Position numbers and translations under genes: made by a program
The notes under the pieces: model-generated
The model's database searches: none
What the model was told of the DNA's origin: nothing
What the model saw: the letters and a program-made list of their open reading frames with translations, nothing else
NCBI GenBank assembly: GCA_043827405.1
Contig: JBDRPD010000049.1
Location: 1-44,933 of the forward strand
DNA length: 44,933 nt
Reading direction: 5' to 3'
From: Elusimicrobiota bacterium
GTDB lineage: Bacteria > Elusimicrobiota > Elusimicrobia > UBA1565
Part shown: one piece after another, positions 27,601 through 35,972 of the stretch
How positions within the stretch are numbered: the stretch's first letter is position 1
Layout: the number at the start of each line of letters is the position of its first letter

Positions 27601-27832
27601 GGCGGCCGCGACAAACATCCGCACGGTGGTACAGCGCGGGAGCCAGATCGAGATCTACTTCCGGAAGGAGGCCGCCGTGCCGGTCGACAACATTACCCGC
27701 TGGATGTGCGCGTACAAGGACCGCATCGAGTTCATCAGCTCGGAAGAGGGCGACGGGCTGCGCGTGATCGTGTCTGACAGAGCGCCTATCGACTGGCTGG
27801 GGGACTTTATCCAGGGATTAGGCCGCAAGTAA
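24638..27832 (+). CDS. mfd: Transcription-repair coupling factor
   Basis: UvrB-like GEYAVRGAIVDFFP, RID GDFVVH, GDVGFGKT, DEEH, SATPIPRT, QLRGRIGR, TRG DLEIRGAG, TRCF C-domain. GTG start at 24638 inferred because the ORF-track start lies inside hemC. Confidence 0.95.
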   Translation: MKAANPRYLVRGVPNSGAWAYLALSLLKTKGFASEPAERLAPRLQPPLILVRRHEEDLEDLADALRAWGLADEPAYFGADEQVRLASQEKLYHGAPVVLTLEESLRGPGRSAQEYGKTRLALRPGLNLKRQDLISRLTALGYRRADFAESPGEYAVRGAIVDFFPLEPMRAVRVLYVDDRIDSLRVYDAQTQATEPEMLAAAAAAPIVEKSAARTLGEALAGGGLWLAEEGVELPAGAGQVVRVGIAAGAKDEELDFGARPVFPPGTEGLRIDAAAKLCGDRIRRGFRIMLFSMNRGEDERIQELLEERLPAGAVQFRIGPLRQGFEIPGRRLTALSAAEIFGRSYRTRRVLKPAISQRARVRWGELKKGDFVVHEFFGIARYRGLEGVMALDDPVDAPESFRREDGTRRLGTREPERRRPHKVMDCLKLEFRSNDALFVPMTEFKSVQKYIAAEGHRPRLSSLDTRSWKEVKARVQEGVRELAEQLLKVQAARKAVRGHAFAADTHMEQEFARSFPFEETPDQRQAIEDVKADMTAPHPMDRVIVGDVGFGKTEVAMRATLKCVAGMRQTAVLVPTTILADQHARTFRKRLAEYPVRIEMLSRFQTRKQQQAVLREAAEGKIDILIGTHRLLQKDVRFRQLGLIIIDEEHRFGVRAKEQMKQLRKTVDCLMLSATPIPRTLHQCLSGLRKVSLIQSAPSGRQPIQTTVEPWSEQRVVESVQDELARGGQVYYVHNRVRSLPQTQERLEQLLPGVRICMAHGQMRADALERTMWDFFNGKYDMLLASSIIESGLDIPSVNTLLIENAQDFGLSQLYQLRGRIGRERRRAFCHLLYPADKKAYQSLSEDARKRLEAMRDFADLGSGFMLAMRDLEIRGAGDLLGAKQHGFLNAVGVEFYSELLNEEIRKLQGAPQEAAAPPPAHLDLTLPAFIPEEYLPGDLERIQFYKRILAAPPDEVEKLKRELVDLSGPMPEPVENLFHVLRVRTAAAATNIRTVVQRGSQIEIYFRKEAAVPVDNITRWMCAYKDRIEFISSEEGDGLRVIVSDRAPIDWLGDFIQGLGRK

Positions 27833-27866
27833 GCCGCCTGCGGGAAGAAATGTTAGACTATCGATC

Positions 27867-28685
27867 ATGGGACGTGCGCTTTTTTTTGCCCTAATGACCG
27901 TGCTCACTCTTGGCGCCTGCCGCCGGGGGGATGAGGCTGTCGTCGCGCGTGTGGGGCGCGCCGTTATTACGGAATCCGAGTTTCAGCGCAAGCTGACCGA
28001 GGTCGCCCCCACGTATCAGAACTACGTCATGACGCCGTACGGGCGCAAGCAGTTTCTCGATGTTTTGGTGCGCGAGAAGCTGATGCTGCAGGCCTCCCGC
28101 GCGGACGGAATAGCCTCCTCACCGGAGTTTATGGATCAGATTCGGACGATACGCCGGGAAGAGGAGCAGAAGGTCGCCGCCGCGCGTGACTACCTGCTGA
28201 CGAAACTATGGCTCGAGAAGCTCCACAAGCGCGGCGTCCTGAGCGTGACCGATGAGGACGTGAAGGATTATTTCCGCAAGCATCCGGTAGAGGTGCAGGC
28301 CCGGCATATCCTGCTGCCGACGGCCGAGGAGGCCGAGGCCACGCTGAACCGGGTGCGGCGGGGCGCCAGCTTCGCCATGGTGGCGGAAAAAATCTCCTTG
28401 GACGCCGATACGGCGGCCGTTGGGGGACTTCTGCCGCCGATGCTTTCCGGTGAGGTTATCCCGGAGCTGGAAATCATTTTCAAAATGAGCACCGGTGAGA
28501 TCGGCGGCCCGGTGCGCAGCAAGTTCGGATATCATGTGCTGTTAAAGGAGAGCGCGAGCCGGCCCGCGTTCGAGACGGTCCAGGAACGCATACGCAACAT
28601 CCTGGAAAAACGTCGTCTAGACGCTCATCTTAAGACGCTGCAAGCGTCGTTTCCCGTGGAGGTAGTCGATGCGCAATTTAAGTAA
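27867..28685 (+). CDS. PpiC/parvulin-type peptidyl-prolyl isomerase lipoprotein (PrsA-like)
   Basis: LGA-C lipobox; VQARHIL, GASFAMVAEKISLD, PVRSKFGYHV. Confidence 0.88.
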   Translation: MGRALFFALMTVLTLGACRRGDEAVVARVGRAVITESEFQRKLTEVAPTYQNYVMTPYGRKQFLDVLVREKLMLQASRADGIASSPEFMDQIRTIRREEEQKVAAARDYLLTKLWLEKLHKRGVLSVTDEDVKDYFRKHPVEVQARHILLPTAEEAEATLNRVRRGASFAMVAEKISLDADTAAVGGLLPPMLSGEVIPELEIIFKMSTGEIGGPVRSKFGYHVLLKESASRPAFETVQERIRNILEKRRLDAHLKTLQASFPVEVVDAQFK

Positions 28686-29772
28686 TTTGATTCTGGCCGC
28701 GGTCCTGCTGCTGGCGGCAGGCCCGGCGCGGGCGAAAGTCCTCGAAGATGTCGTCGCGCGGGTCAACGGCGTACCCCTGATGCTGACCGAGTACCGAAAA
28801 AACCTGCGCGGGATGATCGACAACGTGCGGATCAATCTGCCGGAGATCCTGAAGGACGAAGACAAGATCAAGGAAATCCGCGAGAAGATCCTTGAGCAGA
28901 TGATCGACGATGAGCTGATGGCGCAGGAAGCCGAGAAGACGAAGCTCTCCGTTCATACGCGCGAATTGGAGAAGGGCGTCCAAGAGGTGATGGATAAAGG
29001 GTTTACCATGGACCCCGCTACCGGGCGGCGGCTGACCGAGAAGGAGAAAAAAGAGGCGCTGGCGGAGGCGATTAAAGCGGAAGGGCTCAGCGAAAGCCGG
29101 TTTCGGGAGCGCATTAGCCGCCAGTTGAAGATCCGCAAGCTCATTGAGATGAAGGTTAACTCGGAGATGAAGGAGCCCGGTGACGAGGTTACCCAAAAGG
29201 CTTTTGCGGTTATTAAGGAGATTGCGAACGGCAGCACGGATGTGGTTAAGGGCATGTCGCAGGAGAAGGCGCAGGCCTATGTGATGTTCGGGGTTCGCGT
29301 CAAAAATGCGCATATGGAACGTGTTCGCGTCTCGCATATCCTCGTCAAGCTGCCGCCCGGCGCTTCGCTGGTGGCCAAAAACGAAGCGCTCACCAAGGCG
29401 AAGGCGCTTAAGAAGACGATCGACGGCGGCGGCGACTTCTTTGAGCTCGCGACCAACGAGTCGGATGACCAGGAAAGCGCGCCCCGCGGCGGCGATTTGG
29501 GACCGATTCTGCGCGGTTGGATGCCGCCGCCTTTCGAGCAGGCGGCTTTCGCGCTTGCCGTGGGTGATGTGAGCGAGCCGGTCGAGACGGATTTCGGCTT
29601 CCACCTCATACGCGTCCAGGAGAAGCGGGCGAGCGAGCCGCTGAACTTCGATAAGCTGCAAAGCGACATCAAGCAGTTTATTATGAGCATTGACCATCAG
29701 GAGGCTTTGCTTGCGTTTGTGGAGTCCCTGCGCAAGAAGGCTACGATCGAGAAGACGCTTCCCGCCGAATAG
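28669..29772 (+). CDS. SurA-like periplasmic chaperone/PPIase
   Basis: Signal peptide; SurA_N-like EDVVARVNG..LEQMIDDELM; parvulin VRVSHIL, SAPRGGDLG, SEPVETDFGFHLI; mfd-surA-pdxA context. Confidence 0.88.
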   Translation: MRNLSNLILAAVLLLAAGPARAKVLEDVVARVNGVPLMLTEYRKNLRGMIDNVRINLPEILKDEDKIKEIREKILEQMIDDELMAQEAEKTKLSVHTRELEKGVQEVMDKGFTMDPATGRRLTEKEKKEALAEAIKAEGLSESRFRERISRQLKIRKLIEMKVNSEMKEPGDEVTQKAFAVIKEIANGSTDVVKGMSQEKAQAYVMFGVRVKNAHMERVRVSHILVKLPPGASLVAKNEALTKAKALKKTIDGGGDFFELATNESDDQESAPRGGDLGPILRGWMPPPFEQAAFALAVGDVSEPVETDFGFHLIRVQEKRASEPLNFDKLQSDIKQFIMSIDHQEALLAFVESLRKKATIEKTLPAE

Positions 29773-29787
29773 AATTCCGCCCCCACT

Positions 29788-30717
29788 ATGCGGCCGACTC
29801 TCGCGTTCATCGCCGGCGATCCGGGCGGCATCGGCCCGGAAATCGCCGTAAAGGCCATGCGCGAGCGCGCCGTGCGGCGCGCCTGCCGCCCCGTGGCCGT
29901 GGGTCCGCGTGCGGTTTTCCTCCGCGCCGGCTGGCGCCCGGGATTGGCGCCCCTCGTCGACTGGGGCACGCGCGGGCGCTTTCCGCATCGTCCGACGGCC
30001 GCGGGCGGACGGCTGTCCTACGAGATCTTTCGCCGCTGCATGCACTTGTCCGCGCGCGGCATTATCGACGGCATGGTGACCGGCCCGGTGTCCAAGGAGG
30101 CCTGGCGTCAGGCCGGGACGGCGCAGCCGGACCAAACGGCGCTCATCTGCGCGGAGACCGGCGCGCCGGAGACCGGCATGATGCTGTTGGGGGACGGCTT
30201 GCGTGCCGTGCTGGTCACGCGGCATATCCCGCTGCGCCGCGTTGCCCGGGCTCTCGACGCCGCGGCGATCGGGAAAGCGGCGCGGCAGGCATGCCGCGCG
30301 ATACGCGAACTGCTGGGCGTCTCCCGGCCGCATATGGGACTGTGCGCGCTTAACCCGCATGCCGGCGAGGGGGGATTGATCGGCGACGAGGAGCGCTCGC
30401 TGCTGGCTCCGGCGGCCGCGGGCTTGCGGCGCCGCGGTCTGCGCTGCGCGGGGCCGCTCCCGGCGGACGCGGCCTGGGCGGCACATGCCGCGGGACGCTT
30501 TGATGTGCTGCTGGCGCTCTATCACGATCAGGCGATGGTGCCGCTTAAGCTGCGGGCGGGCCGGTCCGTCGTCAACTGGACGATCGGCGCCCCGGTGCTG
30601 CGGACGGCGCCGGGCCACGGGACGGCGTACGATATCGCGGGACGCGGCACGGCCGACCCGGCCGGCATGATCGCGGCGGCGCTGTTGGCCGCCAAGATCG
30701 CAAGGAAGCGGGGATGA
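29788..30717 (+). CDS. pdxA: 4-hydroxythreonine-4-phosphate dehydrogenase family
   Basis: GDPGGIGPE, LNPHAGE, GPLPAD, LYHDQ, HGTAYDIAG. Confidence 0.88.
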   Translation: MRPTLAFIAGDPGGIGPEIAVKAMRERAVRRACRPVAVGPRAVFLRAGWRPGLAPLVDWGTRGRFPHRPTAAGGRLSYEIFRRCMHLSARGIIDGMVTGPVSKEAWRQAGTAQPDQTALICAETGAPETGMMLLGDGLRAVLVTRHIPLRRVARALDAAAIGKAARQACRAIRELLGVSRPHMGLCALNPHAGEGGLIGDEERSLLAPAAAGLRRRGLRCAGPLPADAAWAAHAAGRFDVLLALYHDQAMVPLKLRAGRSVVNWTIGAPVLRTAPGHGTAYDIAGRGTADPAGMIAAALLAAKIARKRG

Positions 30718-31460
30718 CGAGCACCGCGCTGCTCCTGCTGCTTCTGGCGCTGCCCGCCGCCGCCGCGGAGAAGACTCCCGGCCAGATCGTCGACGAGGCG
30801 AATAAGCTGCTGCGCGGCAACTCCAGCCACACCCGCTTGACGATGACCGTGGTGACCCCCAAGTGGACGCGCGCGCTCGATATCGAGGCCTGGAACAAGG
30901 GGCGGGAGATGGCCTATATCCTGATCCACGACCCGCCGAAGGAAAAGGGCACGACCACGCTGCGCCGCGGCAGCGAGATGTGGACCTGGATGGCGCGCGT
31001 CGAGCGCCTGCTCAAGGTGCCGCCGACCATGATGCATTCCTCCTGGCAGGGCTCGGACTTTACCTACGAGGATATCGTCAAGGCGGATTCCATCTTCAAG
31101 GACTACACGCACCGGCTGGTTAAGGTGACGCCGGGCAAGCCCTACGCGGTGCACCGCATTGAGGCGACGCCCAAGCCCGATGCCCCGGTGGTATGGGGCA
31201 AAATTTTTTTTGAGGCGGGCGTCTATCCCGACGGCTGGGTCATCCCGCTCGGCGAAGAGGACTATAACGAGCGCGGGGAGCTGGTGCGAACGATCCGCCT
31301 GGGCGAGGTGAAGATCATGGACGGCCGCCGCGTGCCGTCGCGCATGGAATGTCTCCCGGAGCGTAAAAAGGGACGCCGCACCGTGATCCAATACCGGGAG
31401 ATCCAGTTCGATATCAAGGTCCCGGACTCCTTCTTCAGCGTCAGCCGTCTGCAGAAATGA
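30714..31460 (+). CDS. Outer-membrane lipoprotein-sorting (LolA-like) periplasmic protein
   Basis: Signal peptide; PPKEKGTTTLR, SWQGSDFTYED, FFSVSRL pattern; heads the ABC operon. Confidence 0.82.
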   Translation: MTSTALLLLLLALPAAAAEKTPGQIVDEANKLLRGNSSHTRLTMTVVTPKWTRALDIEAWNKGREMAYILIHDPPKEKGTTTLRRGSEMWTWMARVERLLKVPPTMMHSSWQGSDFTYEDIVKADSIFKDYTHRLVKVTPGKPYAVHRIEATPKPDAPVVWGKIFFEAGVYPDGWVIPLGEEDYNERGELVRTIRLGEVKIMDGRRVPSRMECLPERKKGRRTVIQYREIQFDIKVPDSFFSVSRLQK

Positions 31461-32698
31461 CCGCCGCGTCTTTCGGCGTCCTGGCGGCGCTGGCTTGGCG
31501 CAACGTCTGGCGCAACCGGCGCCGCAGCGGCATCACCATCCTGTCGATCGCCTGCGGGCTCGCCGCCATCCTGTTCGGGCAAAGCCTCAGCAAGACGATC
31601 CAGTATCAGATGATTCAAAAGGCGACCGCGGTGTTCACCGGCCATGTCCAGATTCTGCACCGGGACGTTAAGGATATGAAGTTCCCCGAGGAGCTGATCG
31701 AGGATCCCGACGCGGCGGCGCGGGCGATCGAGGGGGTCGCCAATATCGCGGCCTACCAGCGGCGCCTGGCGATTACCGGGCTGGCCTCCTCCAAGACGGA
31801 GTCGGCGGGCATCCTGATCGTCGGCGTCGAGCCGGAAAAGGATCGGCACATCTTTTCCATGCACACTTATCTCATCGCGGGCGCGGCGCTGAGCACCGCC
31901 GCGCCGAATGGGATTTATCTCGGCGACAAGCTGGCGGCGCAGCTCAAGCTCGGCGTGGGCGGCGAGGTCGTGCTCATGGCCTCGGCAATCGACGGCAGCA
32001 TGGGCGCCGAGCTGACCCGTATCGCCGGCATCTACCGCTCCAACAGCCATACCTTCGACAAGACCATCGCCTATGTGCCGCTCGAGACGGCGCAGCGGCT
32101 GCTGGCCGCCGACGACCGGGTCAACAGCTTCGTCTTCAAGCTTAAGGACTACCGGCAGCTGCGCCGCACCCAGGCGGCGCTGGCGCAGGCGCTGCGGGAC
32201 CAGCCGCTCCAGGTCGTCACCTGGGAGGAGGTGGACGCCGAGCTCGTCGGCATCCGCGAGTACCAGGACGCGCTTATGGATATCGTCCTGCTGGTGGTGT
32301 TTTTGATCGTCGCGCTCGGCATTCTCAACACGCTGCTCATGTCGATGTTCGAGCGGGTGCGGGAGTTCGGCGTTCTGATGGCAATCGGCGCGCGTCCCGC
32401 GGTTATCCGCCGCATGATTATCCTTGAAGCCTGCATGATGGGTGCGCTGGGTTCGCTGCTCGGCCTGGCGCTGGGCGCCGGGCTGATCCTCTATTACCGG
32501 GCGACCGGGCTGGCGCTGCCGATCGGCGATTCGATCGGATTCTTCATGCCGTTTGAATCGGTTCTCTACCTGCGCTTCGTCTGGCCCAAGCACCTGGTCG
32601 CCCTGGCGGTGGTGCTTGTTACCAGCGTTATCTCCAGCCTGCCGCCGGCGCTGCGCGCGTCGCGTCTGCGGCCGGCCGAATCGCTGAGGCATCTGTGA
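31457..32698 (+). CDS. LolC/E / FtsX-like ABC permease
   Basis: AWRNVWRNRRRS, large periplasmic domain, GILNTLLMSMFERVREFG, PALRASRLRP. Confidence 0.9.
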   Translation: MTAASFGVLAALAWRNVWRNRRRSGITILSIACGLAAILFGQSLSKTIQYQMIQKATAVFTGHVQILHRDVKDMKFPEELIEDPDAAARAIEGVANIAAYQRRLAITGLASSKTESAGILIVGVEPEKDRHIFSMHTYLIAGAALSTAAPNGIYLGDKLAAQLKLGVGGEVVLMASAIDGSMGAELTRIAGIYRSNSHTFDKTIAYVPLETAQRLLAADDRVNSFVFKLKDYRQLRRTQAALAQALRDQPLQVVTWEEVDAELVGIREYQDALMDIVLLVVFLIVALGILNTLLMSMFERVREFGVLMAIGARPAVIRRMIILEACMMGALGSLLGLALGAGLILYYRATGLALPIGDSIGFFMPFESVLYLRFVWPKHLVALAVVLVTSVISSLPPALRASRLRPAESLRHL

Positions 32699-33921
32699 CC
32701 CGCGAGCTGTGGCGGATCGCCTGGCGCAACCTGCTGCGCAACCGGCGGCGCAGCGCCCTGACGATCGCCTCGATCGCCATGGGGCTGGCCGCGGTGATGT
32801 TCGGGCAGAGCCTGCTGCGTTCCTTTCAGAAGCAGATGATTGAGAAATCGACCGGCGTCATGCTCGGCCATGTGCAGATTCAGGCGCGCGGCGTCGAGGA
32901 CCGCAAGGTTCCAGAGATCCTGCTGGCGGCGCCGGAGCCGCTGCGCCGGCTGCTGGAAAAGGACGTGCGCGTGAAGGCGGTGGGGACGCGGCTGCTGTTC
33001 ACCGGCTTGGTGCACGCTTCCGGCGGGTCGCGCGGGGTGCTCATCATCGGCGTAGAGCCGGAGATCGAGCGAGAGCTGTCCATTCTGCCGGGCTATTTGA
33101 CGCAGGGACGCTATCTCGGAGATTCGCCGCGCGACATCTTCCTCGGCGCCAAGCTCGCCGGCGACATCGACGCGCGTCTGGGCGAGCGCGTCGTCGTCAT
33201 GGCGCAGTCCTTAAAGGGCGACATGAGCTCGGAGCTGTTCCGGGTAGCGGGATTGTTCGAGGCCGGCAGCACGGCCTATGACGGCCAGATCGTCTATGTT
33301 CCGATTGACGCGGCGCGGCGCCTGCGGGGCGCGGGCGGCGCGGCCAGCCATGTCGTCGCCATCCTGCACGATGTGCGGCGCGCCGAGCGCCTGGTCGCCG
33401 AGCGGCGCGGTGATCTGCGGGACCCCGAAGCGGTCCTGCTGACCTACAAGGATGTCGGCTCCGAGATCGTGGGCATCAAGAAGTTCCAGGATGCCCTGCT
33501 GGTGGTGGTCCTGATCATTATCTTCTCGATCGTGGGTTTGGGCATCCTCAATACCATCTCCATGTCTTTTTTCGAGCGCATCCGCGAGTTCGGCGTGCTG
33601 CGCGCTATCGGCGCCCGGCCCATCGTCGTGCTCCGCGTGCTGCTGGCCGAGGCTTCCCTCATGGGGCTGCTCGGCGCGGCCGGCGGGCTGCTGCTGGGGC
33701 TCGCCTTTATTCGTTTTTTCGGCGTCTACGGGCTGGAGCTGCCGCTCGGGCGCGCTATGGCGTACTTTATGCCGTTCGACGACCGCATCTACATGCAGCC
33801 GCAATGGGCGATGCATCTCAAATCCGCCGCCGGGGTTTACTGCGTATGCGTCGCCGCGGCGCTGGGCCCGGCCGTGCGCGCGGCGCGTTTGGTCGTCACC
33901 GATGCCCTGCGTCACATATAG
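32695..33921 (+). CDS. LolC/E / FtsX-like ABC permease (paralogue)
   Basis: AWRNLLRNRRRS, GILNTISMSFFERIREFG; paralogous to the preceding gene. Confidence 0.9.
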   Translation: MTRELWRIAWRNLLRNRRRSALTIASIAMGLAAVMFGQSLLRSFQKQMIEKSTGVMLGHVQIQARGVEDRKVPEILLAAPEPLRRLLEKDVRVKAVGTRLLFTGLVHASGGSRGVLIIGVEPEIERELSILPGYLTQGRYLGDSPRDIFLGAKLAGDIDARLGERVVVMAQSLKGDMSSELFRVAGLFEAGSTAYDGQIVYVPIDAARRLRGAGGAASHVVAILHDVRRAERLVAERRGDLRDPEAVLLTYKDVGSEIVGIKKFQDALLVVVLIIIFSIVGLGILNTISMSFFERIREFGVLRAIGARPIVVLRVLLAEASLMGLLGAAGGLLLGLAFIRFFGVYGLELPLGRAMAYFMPFDDRIYMQPQWAMHLKSAAGVYCVCVAAALGPAVRAARLVVTDALRHI

Positions 33922-33928
33922 AGGAAAT

Positions 33929-34615
33929 ATGGAACCGCTGATTCAAGTAAAGAACATCACCAAGATCTACAAGATGGGCGCCTCGAACCTGTCGGTTACC
34001 GCGCTCAGCCAGGTCTCCATGGATTTCGAGCGCGGTGAGTTTACCGCCATCGCCGGGCCGTCCGGCTCCGGCAAGTCGACGCTGCTCAATATCATAGGGA
34101 CCATCGACATCCCGACCCGCGGCGACGTCTTCTACGAGGGGCGGCGCGTCTTCAGCATGAGCGAAAACCAGCTCGCCGACTTCCGGCTCATCTCGCTGGG
34201 CTTTATCTTCCAGGCCTATAACCTGATTCAGGTGCTGACCGCGCGCGAGAATGTGGAGTACGTGCTGGCCCTGCAGGGCGTGCCCAAGGATGAGCGTGCC
34301 GAGCGGGCCTACGAGGTTCTCAAGTGGGTCGGCCTGACGGCGCAGGCCGACCGGCGCCCGGACCTGCTTTCCGGCGGGCAGCAGCAGCGCGTGGCGGTGG
34401 CGCGTGCTATCGTCCACCGGCCCATGGTGGTGCTGGCCGATGAGCCGACGGCCAACCTCGATTCCAAGACGGCGCAGTCCCTGCTGGATCTCATGGCGGG
34501 GCTTAACAAGGATCGCGGCGTGACCTTCCTGTTCTCGAGCCATGATCCCCGGGTCCTGAAGCTCGCCAACCGCGTAATCGAGATTCGTGACGGAGAACTA
34601 AAGAAGAAGGCATGA
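33929..34615 (+). CDS. LolD/MacB-type ABC ATPase
   Basis: GPSGSGKS, GFIFQ, LSGGQQQRVA, LADEPTANLD, SHD; SD GAGG before ATG 33929. Confidence 0.93.
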   Translation: MEPLIQVKNITKIYKMGASNLSVTALSQVSMDFERGEFTAIAGPSGSGKSTLLNIIGTIDIPTRGDVFYEGRRVFSMSENQLADFRLISLGFIFQAYNLIQVLTARENVEYVLALQGVPKDERAERAYEVLKWVGLTAQADRRPDLLSGGQQQRVAVARAIVHRPMVVLADEPTANLDSKTAQSLLDLMAGLNKDRGVTFLFSSHDPRVLKLANRVIEIRDGELKKKA

Positions 34616-35808
34616 TGAGGTTCTCCCTGTTCCTGCTTATGCTCTGCGCCGGCGCGGCGGATGCGCGGGGCGCGGGCTTTGAGGCTGCGGGCTATCTCAA
34701 GAACCTTTATCACTACACCAGGGCCCGGACGACGCGGGCCCCCTACTGGAGCGATCTGTCGCGCGCCCGTGTTCGCCTGGATGCGAAGCTGCCGCTGGCT
34801 CCGGGAGCGAACGAGTGGGCGCCGCCCAGGCACTCCCTGCGCGCGCACGTAGAGTACGATCATGAGATATCCGCCGGCACGTTCCTTAAGTCGCGCGACT
34901 ACCAGCTCGCCGGCTTCGGTGAGCCGCCCACCCATTTCCGCATGGAGCAGCGGGTCAGCTCCGGCACCGACGGCTACTGGCGCCACCGGCTCTACCGCGG
35001 CTGGGTGGAGCTGGCCAGCTTTGACGCCCATCTCCGGTTCGGCCGCCAGCGCATCGCCTGGGGGACCGGCAAGCTGTGGAACCCGACCGATTTCCTCAAC
35101 CCCTATACCCCGACCTCGCTGGAGCGCGATGAGCGGCGGGGAGTGGACGCGGTCTACCTGCGCCGCGGCGCCGGGACCTACGGCCAGGGCGAGGCGGTCT
35201 ACGTTATCGGCGGACGCTGGTCGGAGACCGATCTGGTCGGCCGGGCGCGCGGGCATATCGGGCAGATCGACGCCTCCCTATCGGGCGGCAAGGTGGCGGG
35301 CTCGACCGGCAGCTGGACCGTGGGCGGCGACGTCGCCGCCGATGTCGGCGGCGGCAGCCTGCACGGGGAGTGGAGCCGCACCGACCTGATCCTGCGCGAT
35401 CCGTTCTGGAAGGTCATGGCCGGCTATGAGTACACTTTCCCGGCCGATCCGGCATGGGCGCCGCTCAAGGATATGTGGATCGTGGGTGAGTACTTCCATA
35501 ATGGAAGCGGCGAGTCCGCGCCCCGGCGCTACGACCGCGGGCCCCTGCTCAGCGGCCGCGAAGTGACGCTGGGCCGCGATTATGTCGGGCTGGGCCTCAC
35601 CAAGGATATGCACCCGCTGGTCAAAGTCGAGCTCTACGCGATCGCGAACCTCAACGACCGGAGCCACTTCTTCAACCCGTCCATAAGCTGGAACGCCCGC
35701 CGGAATTTGCATCTGCTGGGCGGCTGGCAGCGCTTCGGCGGGAAGCTGCTCAGCGAATACGGTCCCATCGCCAACGTCACCTACGCCCAGGTGCAGTATT
35801 TTTTCTAG
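34612..35808 (+). CDS. Outer-membrane beta-barrel protein
   Basis: Signal peptide; RFGRQRIAWG..WNPTD motif; C-terminal YAQVQYFF beta-signal. Confidence 0.78.
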   Translation: MMRFSLFLLMLCAGAADARGAGFEAAGYLKNLYHYTRARTTRAPYWSDLSRARVRLDAKLPLAPGANEWAPPRHSLRAHVEYDHEISAGTFLKSRDYQLAGFGEPPTHFRMEQRVSSGTDGYWRHRLYRGWVELASFDAHLRFGRQRIAWGTGKLWNPTDFLNPYTPTSLERDERRGVDAVYLRRGAGTYGQGEAVYVIGGRWSETDLVGRARGHIGQIDASLSGGKVAGSTGSWTVGGDVAADVGGGSLHGEWSRTDLILRDPFWKVMAGYEYTFPADPAWAPLKDMWIVGEYFHNGSGESAPRRYDRGPLLSGREVTLGRDYVGLGLTKDMHPLVKVELYAIANLNDRSHFFNPSISWNARRNLHLLGGWQRFGGKLLSEYGPIANVTYAQVQYFF

Positions 35809-35841
35809 GGTTCCGCCCGGACGGCCGCGTCTGGGCCCCCT

Positions 35842-35903
35842 GTCGGCAATAGTCCCATAGGCCCGAGGGCCCAATAACATGCGGGCATGGGCCTCAAGCC
35901 TCA
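35842..35903. promoter_or_regulatory. Three related 16-bp pseudo-palindromic boxes (candidate response-regulator sites)
   Basis: GTCGGCAATAGTCCCA (35842-57), TAGGCCCGAGGGCCCA (35858-73), TGGGCCTCAAGCCTCA (35888-903), just upstream of TTGACC (35906-11) and TACAAT (35927-32). Confidence 0.4.
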
Positions 35904-35972
35904 TATTGACCACGAGAGGTGATTCCTACAATTAAGGCAATAGAAAGTCGCATGTTTGAGGGGGAAGAGTCC

